NCBI GenBank assembly: GCA_002633005.1
Contig: NMRA01000169.1
Coordinates: forward strand, 599,387 to 663,386
Direction of reading: 5' to 3'
Source: Phoronis australis
Lineage: Eukaryota > Animalia > Phoronida
DNA: 64,000 nt
In this document: positions 63,968-64,000 of the stretch, one piece after another
How the letters are laid out: the number at the start of each line of letters is the position of its first letter
Numbering within the stretch: the stretch's first letter is position 1
Made by a program: the position numbers and the translations under genes
The notes under the pieces: model-generated
Seen by the model: only the letters and a program-made list of their open reading frames with translations
Told to the model about the DNA's origin: nothing
Database searches by the model: none

Positions 63968-64000
63968 CTAAAAATATAGGAGTCGGTGATAAAATAAATT

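Overview
Intron-rich, AT-rich eukaryotic (invertebrate metazoan-like) genomic DNA with three multi-exon genes that I reconstructed by hand from splice sites and reading-frame phase. (1) + strand, 11909-28737: the last 16 coding exons (~1264 aa) of a SynGAP/DAB2IP/RASAL2 (nGAP, Drosophila raskol-like) Ras GTPase-activating protein with PH-C2-RasGAP domains, a Ser-rich linker and a coiled coil. It includes a GC-AG intron. (2) and (3) - strand, 32474-40593 and 48327-63967: two complete tandem paralogues encoding an unusual type I membrane protein: signal peptide, ~50 uninterrupted Gly-X-Y triplets, two cbEGF domains, a 4-Cys truncated EGF, a TM helix and a cytoplasmic tail. The longer paralogue adds an unassigned ~155-aa N-terminal domain, a Thr-rich stalk and a Tyr/Pro-containing tail. 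The pair keeps the same collagen length and core exon sizes and is the best candidate for an undescribed system. The window also holds a palindromic MITE-like family, other TIR elements, a decayed LINE 3' end, several minisatellites, CTCF-like motifs, and a 1.8-kb duplication flanking an N that is probably an assembly artefact. Positions 1-11908 appear to be intronic or non-coding.
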